A stretch of 63,705 nucleotides of DNA, filler included, from Licmophora abbreviata (lineage: Eukaryota), in assembly GCA_900291995.1 (NCBI GenBank). It is 11 parts of 11 records of this genome, joined end to end, with 100 filler letters (N's around TTAATTAATTAA, not from the genome) between each part and the next. Parts side by side here need not be neighbours in the genome. Positions count along the whole stretch, not along the records: positions 26,341 to 36,026 come from OLMU01002361.1; positions 36,127 to 37,766 come from OLMU01002364.1; positions 37,867 to 39,810 come from OLMU01002365.1; positions 39,911 to 44,774 come from OLMU01002366.1; 7 more parts are not named here. The stretch is one strand, 5' to 3'. The notes under the pieces are model-generated. The model saw nothing but the letters and a program-made list of their open reading frames with translations. It searched no databases and had not been told where the DNA came from. Shown piece after piece: positions 32,488-43,008 of the stretch. A program made the translations under genes and the position numbers. Within the stretch, counting starts at the first letter, position 1. Each line of letters opens with the position of its first letter.

Positions 32488-35235
32488 TTACCACCTGCTG
32501 CTACTTGCATGCGCATACCCGGGAAGCAAGTCCCTCGGTGAAAACTTCCTTCGGGTGGGCAACGCTTCAGAGTCTGCTGCAACGGCTTCCACCGCTCTGA
32601 GCACCCCTCCCGTTGGAGCCACTGAGCTGTGCGTACGCTTGTGGCACGTGTGTATTTCTTCGAGCTCTTCTTCAATCTCCTCGAGGTACACTGCTGCCTC
32701 TTTCTCCTTCAAGAACCCTAGCTTGGCAACAGACTCGACATACCTTGCAAACTTATTCAAGAGGATGGTGCAGAGCAAGTGGGAAATGATCATCTTGACG
32801 TCTTCTTTCTCCGCAGATTTCAAGAAGTCCATTGCTTCGTGAACCTCTTGCTTACTCTCTTTGGCAACGAGCTTTCCTGCGAGTTCATACGGAGGTTTAC
32901 AGAACTCATCCTTGAAACACTTCTGAGCTGTGTAGTGTGCATCAACAAAGGAAAGAGCCACGTGCACTTGTACGCGAAGTTGACTGATGTTGGTGTCACT
33001 ACTTTCATGGCGACCCTTGAAAAGCCTTTTGATGATGCGGTCACCACGATCGGACCAAGTATGCCAAAGGAACTGAACCTGATTGAAATCATTGAGCGGT
33101 TCTCCTTTAGCAACTCTGTCCGAAGAGAATTCGAGACTCTCAAGAAGAACATAGTCCACAAAGGCCATTCGTCCGTCTAGCTCGCCCTTGTCAATCTGTT
33201 TCTGGTATGCAGCCCGAAGGAGCTCGATGAAGATGTTTCGCATTTCCTTCATGGTTGCCTCATCCACGTCGTCTGAGTCGGTTCCGAAGCTTGGAGCCCT
33301 GCCGAGGTGCGATGACTCGTCCATAGACTGTCTTCTAAGGAAAGCGATCGACTTCCTGAGCCTGCTTTGACGAGGCGAGGAGCCTGTTGCTAGACTGGTC
33401 AGCTCAACGGCGGTCGTGACTTCCTCGGGAAAGGAATCGTCACCTTCGCCAGTGTCGTCGTCTTCGTCCATATCAGTTGGGCCGGTCTTGTCGGCCTGCA
33501 GGTCTGTATCACCCGCCTTGTTGCGCAAATACTCAAGAACACTCTCTGTATACGGTGCCTTGTAGGCCAGCGCAGGCACGTGCTCCTTATTTTGCTGCAC
33601 TGCCGCCTCAAATTCCAAGACTGTTAGACCTCGGAGATAGGGGACGTGGTGTTCGATTAGACCAAAATCGACAATCTGGAAGCGTTCGTCGCAGAGCTTG
33701 TGGATGAAATCTTGCAGCATGTGCTCTCTGAAGTGATGACAGAAGCCTTCGAGAATATGCTGACGCGTTTCCGACTCGTTCGCAAGTCCAAGCTTGCGAA
33801 GCAGCGGCCCGCTGAGTGTGCCGTTGATCGTGAGAGTTAGGAATGCTATCCCACCCACCATGCCCATTAACGTATTTGTCTGAGTACGAAACTCGGATCC
33901 ACTGTCAGTGTGGACAAATACTTCATTGTCTAGCGCAATCGCTAGAGCAATACCGACAGCTCCTCGAAGCCCCCCAAAGCTCATAAAAACGGTTTCCTGC
34001 CAGCACGTCTTCAGACCAGCATTGGCGAGGACGGGGTAAAACGCAACAAATAGGAAGGAGCGAATCGCCATCAGCAAGATGTACAGAAGAAACAAATATC
34101 CCCATTCCTTGGCCCCAAATGTAGTTTCACGTGCATCGCTGTTGGCGATAATCTCCCCCCACACCACGCCACCAAGTGCAAAGATGAGAGTGTTCAAGAG
34201 GCTCTCTACGAGAAGCCAAAAGCTTTCCATCATTTTGCGATCGTTGATCATGCTCCCTCCGAATTTCTTGGTCACAACACCACATACGACAACCGCGATT
34301 ACTCCACTCGTGTGCGCAACTATCTCTGCGGTATAGAAGGTAAGGTAGGCAATCGTGATGGTAGCCATGATTTGAAGGACGTTTTCCTCCATGTTAAGCC
34401 GGCGATTGAGCATGTAGAGTAATCCGATAAGACCGACACCGAAAAGCAAGCCAATACAGGCTCCACCAAGGGACATCCGAAAGAAAATTGCAACACCCTT
34501 GCCCAAGTCGATCTCTTCTCCGAGCCCAGATTGTCCTAGCTCCGTGAGATAGAGCAAACTGAAGATTGTGTAAAACACAATGGCCGATCCATCGTTGAGC
34601 AGAGACTCTCCCGAAATATGCACTTTGAGCCGCGGCGGTGCTCCGACTTCGTTCAGCAAGGCACTCACCGCCACAGGATCTGTCGCGGATAGAATGGCAC
34701 CAAACGTCATTGCCAGATTGAAGCTCCAGTTGTAAGGAAAGACAAAGAAGCCGACACATGCGACCAGGGTCGTCCCGGCCAGCACCATTGGGAAGGCCAT
34801 GGTTAAGCACTGAGTTAAGCTCAGCTGAAAAAGATGAACATTGGTATTGTAGGCATCAACAAAAATCAAACCTGGCAAAAAGACCAATATGAGCACTTCA
34901 CTGTCAATCAAACCCCACTGATAGATCGATTCCGTAAGCTGATCTTCGTTGTTGAATGTCACGGCACCGATCCCCATGAATGTTCCGAGTAAGAAGAGAA
35001 CGCTCGTGAACGGTATCCATGTCGCGTAGCGCGTGAGCAAGAAGAAAACAATCACTCCGAGCGCCTCGCAGAACCAAGGAAAGAGAATCGCTGTCGCAGG
35101 CTCTCCAAATTCACCTTCTTCCTCTGCCAACGATTCGCCCTCAGCATGACCTCCACTGGCCAAGGCGCCGTCAGCAAGTAAGAGCGCCAGAATGAGCAGC
35201 CAAGTCACCGAAGCGACGTTCGCCATCTTTATCAT
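32488..35235 (-). CDS. CPA1 Na+/H+ antiporter, SOS1/NHX7-like
   Basis: Motifs VFLPGLIF, AFPMVL, GAILSATDPVAV, ISGESLLNDGSAIV, HTSGVIAVV, GGLRGAVGIALA, FLTLTINGT. Multiple transmembrane segments followed by a helical cytosolic tail (ELLRAAYQKQIDKG). Confidence 0.9.
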   Translation of the reverse strand: MIKMANVASVTWLLILALLLADGALASGGHAEGESLAEEEGEFGEPATAILFPWFCEALGVIVFFLLTRYATWIPFTSVLFLLGTFMGIGAVTFNNEDQLTESIYQWGLIDSEVLILVFLPGLIFVDAYNTNVHLFQLSLTQCLTMAFPMVLAGTTLVACVGFFVFPYNWSFNLAMTFGAILSATDPVAVSALLNEVGAPPRLKVHISGESLLNDGSAIVFYTIFSLLYLTELGQSGLGEEIDLGKGVAIFFRMSLGGACIGLLFGVGLIGLLYMLNRRLNMEENVLQIMATITIAYLTFYTAEIVAHTSGVIAVVVCGVVTKKFGGSMINDRKMMESFWLLVESLLNTLIFALGGVVWGEIIANSDARETTFGAKEWGYLFLLYILLMAIRSFLFVAFYPVLANAGLKTCWQETVFMSFGGLRGAVGIALAIALDNEVFVHTDSGSEFRTQTNTLMGMVGGIAFLTLTINGTLSGPLLRKLGLANESETRQHILEGFCHHFREHMLQDFIHKLCDERFQIVDFGLIEHHVPYLRGLTVLEFEAAVQQNKEHVPALAYKAPYTESVLEYLRNKAGDTDLQADKTGPTDMDEDDDTGEGDDSFPEEVTTAVELTSLATGSSPRQSRLRKSIAFLRRQSMDESSHLGRAPSFGTDSDDVDEATMKEMRNIFIELLRAAYQKQIDKGELDGRMAFVDYVLLESLEFSSDRVAKGEPLNDFNQVQFLWHTWSDRGDRIIKRLFKGRHESSDTNISQLRVQVHVALSFVDAHYTAQKCFKDEFCKPPYELAGKLVAKESKQEVHEAMDFLKSAEKEDVKMIISHLLCTILLNKFARYVESVAKLGFLKEKEAAVYLEEIEEELEEIHTCHKRTHSSVAPTGGVLRAVEAVAADSEALPTRRKFSPRDLLPGYAHASSSRW

Positions 35236-35667
35236 GTTCACTGAGCAAGCAGTGACACTTCGCTCGTCGGGGCTACGGTAATGGGAAGGGAGATCCAACA
35301 AGGTCACAACAACCATCAGGCCTTTTCGAGAAAGAATTCTGTTCGTTTCAAACTGCGAGTTTCAGATCGGCATTTTGGATGGCACCCGGCGCGCGCGCCC
35401 GTCCGTCATCGTACGTCGTCTTGTCTGATGATGTTTGTTGGCGCGCAAATCAGCGTCGACCGCGACCGTACCGGTACCGCTACTGGTACAGGTCGCTCTT
35501 CTCTAACCCCAGTAGACTGATCATATTGTAGAAGCATTACAGTAGGTCTAGCGTGGATCGTACTATGGTTTTATGAAGTCTCGATTATTCTTACATATCA
35601 CTCTCGTGCGTGGCAGCATTCCACATGCGCCTGGCACCTATACAATGCGAGTCGAGTCCTTCCTTCC

Positions 35668-36026
35668 CTACGAAAAGCTTCGGGCACACTCGCCGCAGTT
35701 GTATATGTGCCAATAGACAATGCCAGTGTTTTGGTTCTCCGTAAACATAAAGTCGAACCCGGAAGCACAGGCATAATCGAACGTACCCCCCGAAATTCCT
35801 GACTGATGGCCACGGCAGGACCCATTGTAGAACATTTGTCCGTATCCATACTTGGGGTTTGATCCGTCGAACGTCCAAGCCCCCGAAAACGCACAGTCGT
35901 TCTCTGGTACCCAATTGTAGAATTCTTTCAAGGTTCCAATAGATGTCAACGTCACAGAGTCGTAGATGGGAATGCCAAAGCCACCAAATGTTCCGTGGTT
36001 GCCTTCATGGTCGCCGTCAATGAATG
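35668..36026 (-). CDS. 3' part of an unknown Gly/aromatic/Cys-rich protein (5' end lost in gap)
   Basis: The frame is open from the gap: FIDGDHEGNHGTFGGFGIPIYDSVTL...CAFSGAWTF...ISGGTFDYACASG...YWHIYNCGECARSFS*. Confidence 0.55.
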
Positions 36027-36126
36027 NNNNNNNNNNNNNNNNNNNNNNNNNNNNNNNNNNNNNNNNNNNNTTAATTAATTAANNNNNNNNNNNNNNNNNN
36101 NNNNNNNNNNNNNNNNNNNNNNNNNN

Positions 36127-39100
36127 GTTCTTTGGTACTACAATCGCTTGCGGAGTCGCCTTTTGGTAAAGATCGAGATGGTAGCAATGCTGTCAAAGAG
36201 TTGGTGGGGCTACTCGATACTCTCTCGAGCGTCCTTGAAGAGTCCGAGGCTCTGCCTATTTCGCTGTCTGCACTTACAGCGATCGAAAGCGTTGCTGCGT
36301 CGGACGCCTTTAACATGTCGGACAGCTCTTTGGACGATGGCATGCTTGTAGGGAGTATCTGTCGACTCTTAGAGACGGTTTTTGAGACGTATTTTTCCGC
36401 TGCCTTTGACCCGCAAGACATTGACGAGAATGAGAGGGGCCGCCGACTGAAGCTAATTGATTCACGAGACAAGTGTTGGCTCAATCTTGTCATTCAAACT
36501 CGGTCGCATTTAAACGCTTTCTCTTCTTTCCGGAACAACCTTTTGTTGCAGCTTATGCGGAGGTACTTTGGTATATCTGACCCTCTTCGGATGAGCTCGC
36601 TTGCGCGAGAGGCACTGTTTGGCTTCCAGAAACGAGCGGCACAGGGCATTGTCCGCCTCATGTCGGAGCTCGTTGCTGAGGATCCCAAAATTGATTTGTT
36701 CTTCCAGACGACCGTGCTCACGTTTCTCGGTTCCCCGTGCTGCGGATTCTGTGAAGCAGCTTGCATTTTGTACCAGTCGATTTGCTTTTTCGGAGATACA
36801 GGCTCGTTCCCTGCAACCTTCTTCTCTGGTGTCGAGTCACTCATGCGATTTCTAAACGAAACTCCGAACCGCATCACACTCTTACGGACCGAACCTCAGT
36901 TGAGTGAAAGCGCAATGGGTTCGTGTGCAGACGAATGGGAAAGATCGACTTTAACGCTTCTGGAGTACAGTGGTGACATGAAAGCTAAGGGCGAGGTGGA
37001 CCTGCTGGCAAAGTGCGCCCCCTTTCCGCACGAGAAGGAGCCGGAAAACGGTGGCGAAAGGGGAATGGCCCAGTTAGGAGATGGCATTGACCAAATGAGA
37101 GTCCGGGCGACAATAGCGGGATCAATTGTCGGCGCTGGCTCAAAACACTTGCCAGAGAAGCTGACACCTTTAATCCGGGCAATAATGACATCGATGAAAA
37201 GTGAAACTGACCGGGAACGTAGCAGCCGGACCTGTATCTACATGGTCCAGCTGTTTAAACTTCTGACGGCCGAGACCCAACGTGAGGAACGTTTCAAGTA
37301 CACCAACGTACGCAACAAGCTACTGGAGAACATCAGCACTCTCGCATGTCCATGTACCCCTTTGTCAGATTCTCCAAGCACGCCAAGCACACGCACTGCT
37401 GCTCTTGTAATCGAAACCCTGGTTGCCGACCTAACACCGGGGTTGACACTGCATAGCCTACCGCCAGTCTGGAATCGCCTGGGATCACTTCTTCGAGCGT
37501 CAGATGAATTACCTGAAGAGGCTCGGCTGACCGAGTCCCTTGCGATGTTATCGATTGTCTCGCGGCCCCTGGACCAAGCTTGCGAAGTACTCTCTCACTT
37601 GATCGATGCAGTCGTACCTAAACTGGTGTCGATTGCCTGTACTTTCTCTTTTCCGTCATTAAGAGAGCTATCCGTCCACATTTTGACTTCACTTGCTCGT
37701 GCATGGCCTGACAAAGCTCTGGGGAAAGCCTTGCCGACGATTATTGGCCACTTACGCGACCATGACNNNNNNNNNNNNNNNNNNNNNNNNNNNNNNNNNN
37801 NNNNNNNNNNTTAATTAATTAANNNNNNNNNNNNNNNNNNNNNNNNNNNNNNNNNNNNNNNNNNNNAACAGTGCCTATCGCTACGGGGCATGTCAACTTC
37901 TTCAAGCTACAATCGACGGTATCGGGATGGGGATCTGTCCCTTTGTGCGCTACCTTCTCCCCGAAACAATGTCTCTCATGGTCGATCCGGTGGAGGACAT
38001 TTCTAGGCAGTCTGCGCAGAGTTTTGCCTGTCTTGTGCGCATCGCCCCTCTAGTGCAACGGTCGACAAGTTGTGGGCGATGGCCGAAGCTTGAAGGTTGT
38101 CCCCATTCTCAAGACGTAATTGATCACCTGATTAACGGGAAACCCTTACCGCAGGTGGAGCTTCCGGTCGACATCCTGAAGGAACTTCGACTGAGTGGAA
38201 TTTCACTGCGTCACTATCAGCTTGAAGGCATTGCTTGGCTGGACTTTCTTCGGACTATCAAGCTCAATGGGGCGCTTTGTGACGACATGGGTTGCGGAAA
38301 GACGATTCAGGCTCTCACTGCAATTGCATCTTCTCATTTGCGCCCTAGGACTCCTGACATACAAGGAGCACCGCTATCTTTGATCGTATGTCCGTCGACT
38401 CTCGTCAGTCACTGGATCGCGGAGATACAGAAGTTTTTCCCGTCTGGATCGGTCCTATGCGCCATACCGTACACCACCAAAATCAATGCTTGGGCTGTTC
38501 AAAAGAAAAGGAAGCACAACGTTGTCGTCACAAGCTATGCTCTCCTTCGACGGGACGTTTCCGAATTCGCAAGTGTCTGTTGGGATTACTGCGTACTGGA
38601 CGAGGGCCATCTTTTGAAGAATCCTAAAACTGGTGAGCCATCCTCTTATTTTGAGCTACGGTATGCGCTTGCCGCGCTGCCGGAACCCCACTAACTGGCC
38701 TCTGCCGTTCTGTCGTCAGCTACCGCAAGGGCTGTCAAGTCGATTCGAGCGAGGCATCGATTAATTCTGACAGGAACACCAGTCCAGAATAGAGTTCAGG
38801 AGCTCTGGGCTGTGTTCGATTTCCTCATGCCAAACTTCCTCGGGTCGCACTCATCATTCACAAAAGACTACGGACGCCCGATTGCCAACGGGCATGCCAC
38901 TGGTGCCTCTGCAATTGATATCAAATGCGGAATGGAAAAATTGAAATTGCTTCACCAGCAGGTTCTGCCCTTCATTCTTCGTAGGGAGAAGCACCAGGTG
39001 TTAAAGGAGCTTCCTCCAAAATCAGTCATCGACATTCCTTGTAAGTTGAGTGATACGCAGGAGTACCTTTACCAGAAATTTTGTGGCGACAGTCGGGTGA

Positions 39101-40423
39101 GAGCATCGATTGAGGCATTTCAAGAATCTATGGATAAGGCTGAGAAAATGGACAAATCATCATGTCCATCGCCAATCGGTGCTAGCGCCCTTACCTCTCT
39201 CTTATACTTGAGACAACTGTGCACTCATCCAGCATTGGTCAAGACCCGCTCTTGGAAACGGGAATTAAACGCCGGTACCCTTGACAGTGACTGCGCGAGG
39301 TTAGATTGTTCAGGAAAGTTGATGGCGCTACGCGAGCTGCTTCAAAGTGCCAACATATCGAATGATGGACCAATGGCTGCAGACAATGATTTGTCGGCAA
39401 TTTACTGCGAGCCGAACGAGTCCGAGGATGAAGATCGATTTTCGTCACAGCTCGACGAAGCCGACGATTCATTGGAACTCGAATCCGACAATAGCGTTCT
39501 GCTGACGAGCACCACCGCGGAAGCTGAGCCCCCCAAGTGTCTGATATTTGCTCAGTTCACACAGAGCCTTGACGTCGTTGAGGAATTCATTTTTCGGCCC
39601 CACATGCCGTCCCTCCGTTACCTTCGGCTCGATGGCAATGTTCCGGTTCAAGAGAGGGGCCAGCTTGTGGAATCGTTCAACACGGACGAGAGCATTAAAG
39701 TCATGCTCTTGACTACGAAGGTCGGTGGACTGGGTTTGAATCTCACAGGTACGTATCGTCTTGTTGCCGTGAAGAGCGACAACCTCATTGGTGGTGCTCT
39801 CACGTTCACCNNNNNNNNNNNNNNNNNNNNNNNNNNNNNNNNNNNNNNNNNNNNTTAATTAATTAANNNNNNNNNNNNNNNNNNNNNNNNNNNNNNNNNN
39901 NNNNNNNNNNTGGTGCTCTCACGTTCACCTTTTTGGATGCTGTCGTAACAGGAGCGAGTATCGTCATTTTTTTGGAGAATGACTTCAACCCACATACTGA
40001 TCTACAAGCAGCCGATCGCGCCCATCGATTGGGCCAAACAAAGGTATGCCTCCTTGTGCATGTTATCTTCTTGCTACTAGCATTCCAGATCTTACGCCTG
40101 CGACCGTTCGTCCTCGCCAGACCGTGAACATTTATCGTCTCGTGACTCAGAATACGATAGAGGAAAAGATAATGAAGGTTCAGGATGTAAAGTTGGCCAT
40201 GAGCAAGGCAATTGTGAACACGGAAAACTCTTCCATGTACAGCATGGGAACGGATCGTCTTCTCGACATTTTCACCTTCCAAAGTGACGACAACAAGCCG
40301 GCGTCCCATGACAACGACGACGAGAGCCCGAATCTGGAGGCGTTTGGGTCCATGTACAAGGAAGATGAGTACGCCTCGCTTTCCGTGCAAAAAATCGTTC
40401 GTGGCTTTCAAGATGCACCCTAA
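36127..40423 (+). CDS. BTAF1: Mot1/BTAF1 SNF2-family TBP-associated ATPase (5' truncated, spans two gaps, several introns)
   Basis: HEAT region [104 protein letters not shown]. Introns about 38633-38719 and 40043-40120. Confidence 0.93.
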
Positions 40424-40471
40424 ATGTACAACACCAGGACTCATAGAGATCGCTTTGAATTAGAAACGGAA

Positions 40472-41128
40472 CTACAGACCGCTCTCTATGAACCCCATGG
40501 CCTTTAAAACCAGTCCAGCGCAGCGTTGTCTGCAGCCCTCCACGTTCGTCTCTACTTCAATCAATACCGTCGCCATAGCAGACGTATCCTCGTCTGATGG
40601 CTCAAGTAGATGAAAGCATTCAACCATGTCTCCTACCAACCTTCTCGAGCATTCATCCTCGGTTCCGACTTCATATCGTTTCGCTCTTGCCATTTCATTC
40701 AAAACTTGTTTAAAGCCACCCCAGCGACCACGTTGCCACGCGAGCGCCAAGACCAGCTTGACTTCCTCGAATGGAACATTGCTGTTCTCTTGTAGCAACG
40801 CCTCTACCAATTCAGCCCGTAGCTCCTTCGTCTCGTACTGCCGCCGACATAAAAGCGCACAGTCATGACCAGTCCCCACCGCGTAGCCCCAGTTCCAATC
40901 GGGAGAAGCCCAGCCCGACCCCGGAACACCATATATATCCTTACCATTTCTACTCGCCATCCTGAGCGCCACCACTGCACGCTCTCGGTTAGTGCCTGAT
41001 GGGTACGGATGAAGAATTCTCGACTTGATGTGCGCCTCTCGACACAACGACAATTTGCTCGGGCAGTTTCTCTCGTTTGAAACTGAAAATGCCGCGACAC
41101 TGGAAGCCAGAAATAGTATCGGTCGCAT
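40472..41128 (-). CDS. Probable plastid-targeted hypothetical protein
   Basis: MRPILFLASSVAA-FSV bipartite presequence. Compact mature domain with YGVPGSGWASPDWNWGYAVGTGHDCA and EEVKLVLALAWQ. Confidence 0.75.
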   Translation of the reverse strand: MRPILFLASSVAAFSVSNERNCPSKLSLCREAHIKSRILHPYPSGTNRERAVVALRMASRNGKDIYGVPGSGWASPDWNWGYAVGTGHDCALLCRRQYETKELRAELVEALLQENSNVPFEEVKLVLALAWQRGRWGGFKQVLNEMARAKRYEVGTEDECSRRLVGDMVECFHLLEPSDEDTSAMATVLIEVETNVEGCRQRCAGLVLKAMGFIESGL

Positions 41129-41495
41129 CCCGGAAGTCTATCGGGGACCTAGAAAGCCACGGACAAGTGAGCGATGGCCGTAAAGTTCTCTGTGCTCGAA
41201 TTGACTTGTCGCTCACTCGTAACGGTACTCTCCGTCACCCATCACTCGATGAGACGCACGATGACGTACTTCCCAAAAAATCGGTGAACTCTAATGGATA
41301 CCAGGACCAGTACGGTAGGGTTATCCGAGGGTATGAGGATCGTCCTGGAAGACGCTGGGGCTCAATGGATATTGACGAAGAAAACAAAAGGCATAGTCTC
41401 CATTCTACTTGTTAAAAATTCACAAGCGAAGCCATGTATATGATGCCGTTAGTCCGTTTTCGTTACGAGAGCCGGTGTGTGACAATGTTGTGTCC

Positions 41496-42751
41496 TCAGT
41501 CATTAAAATCGTCCGCCGAGAAGTATGCAAGACCGTCGCTTTCGTCTGAATCCTCCTCGCAAGCCGAGTCATCCAGTGCCCCATCTCTAATTTCGTCGTC
41601 CCCTAATGGCTCATCCGATCCCGGGCCCACAGTGAGTGGAACGCATGACTCCAAAAGGTCGCATTCTATATCCACGATATAATCCCGGACCCGCCCTTCG
41701 AGCTTACCAAACGATTTGGCCAAAAACTTCCAGGACAACTGCGCTAGCAACAATTTCAAAGGTAGCGCTGCGTGAGCGATCCGACCCCATGTCGGCCAAT
41801 GTTTCCAGAACATACCGCTCACAAGGAAGCGGTTCGAGAAATACTCAATAACGGGCATGAAGAAAATGATGACACTCAGTGCCCCTGTTACCAGAAGAGC
41901 CTTTAACATCACTCCTTGGCCCGCGTCGAGGAGAAGAGAAATGAGAAAACCTTTCACGCCGACGTGTTGAAGTAGCGAGAACTCTGAACTGTCGCCAAAC
42001 CATGAGGTCAGAATGGCATATTGAGAATGCCACATTGGTTCCACCTTCGTCGGGTCTGTCCGGCGGAGGCGGTTAATGGCTGACAATGTGATCCATTGGC
42101 TCGAATCTATAGGTGCAATAACCTTGGTATTCGGTTCGGCATCGAATGAATATAAGCAAGGCTGTTGTATCACGGAAAGATGGTGGAGGAGACGGGTGAG
42201 CGGGACGCGCGGGAAACTGTGTTTGAAATGAGAATTTTGACACGTGGAGGCCTTATATCCCGAGTGACGGGATCCGATCGGGCCTATCGAATTACCTTTG
42301 GTTCGTCTTCTGTGCTCATGGCACAGTCCCAGTCCACTTTTTCTGGTGGCTTATCGCCTTCGGCAGTAGAGACGTCCACCAAAGTTGTAATTGGAACCCC
42401 TCTCTTAGCCAGACATTCGGACAGGACTGTCGACCGAAGCTGCATTAACAATTGTTGATCCATCCTCCACTTCTGTTCCGCCAGCCGCAGTTTCTCCTTT
42501 TCCGCTTCATCCTCGATGTCATTATCCTCCTCCTCCTCTAGGGGAGTTGTCGAGCCTCCTCGGCAAGACAGACATCGCGCTGAGTAGAAGTCGCGTGATG
42601 GAAGCAAGTTCCGCCGATGAGCGAACGTTCTTCCTGGAAGTGCATGTTTGAAGCTTTGAATTGACGATAACCGACCCTCAGCTATAGTTCCAGACGCCTG
42701 GAAACACAGAAACGAGAGAACTATGGACGAGATGGGGCTTTGGAGCGTCAT
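41496..42751 (-). CDS. Hypothetical membrane protein with signal peptide, 2 exons (intron 42162..42295)
   Basis: Splicing gives DWDCAMSTEDEPK|PCLYSFDAEPNTKV. Signal peptide followed by a CRGG motif; hydrophobic segments in exon 2. Confidence 0.75.
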
Positions 42752-43008
42752 GGTTCATTTATTCTGCTGAAGGCTCCAAAAATGAGAGATCGAAATCGAT
42801 GGCTTCAAACCGGACGGCGGATGGACTACAAGCAACGTCCCGTCATCGCAGGGCGTACCAGGCACGCGTTTGTATTACGGGAAACCCGTATGTACATCTA
42901 TGCGTGTCGCTCGTACTTCGATCAACGGCTGAACACCCACACGCTGACACACAAAACAGCGGCGCTCGACACGTTTGCCGTCGTTCTTTTTTGATTTCTT
43001 GGACGGCC

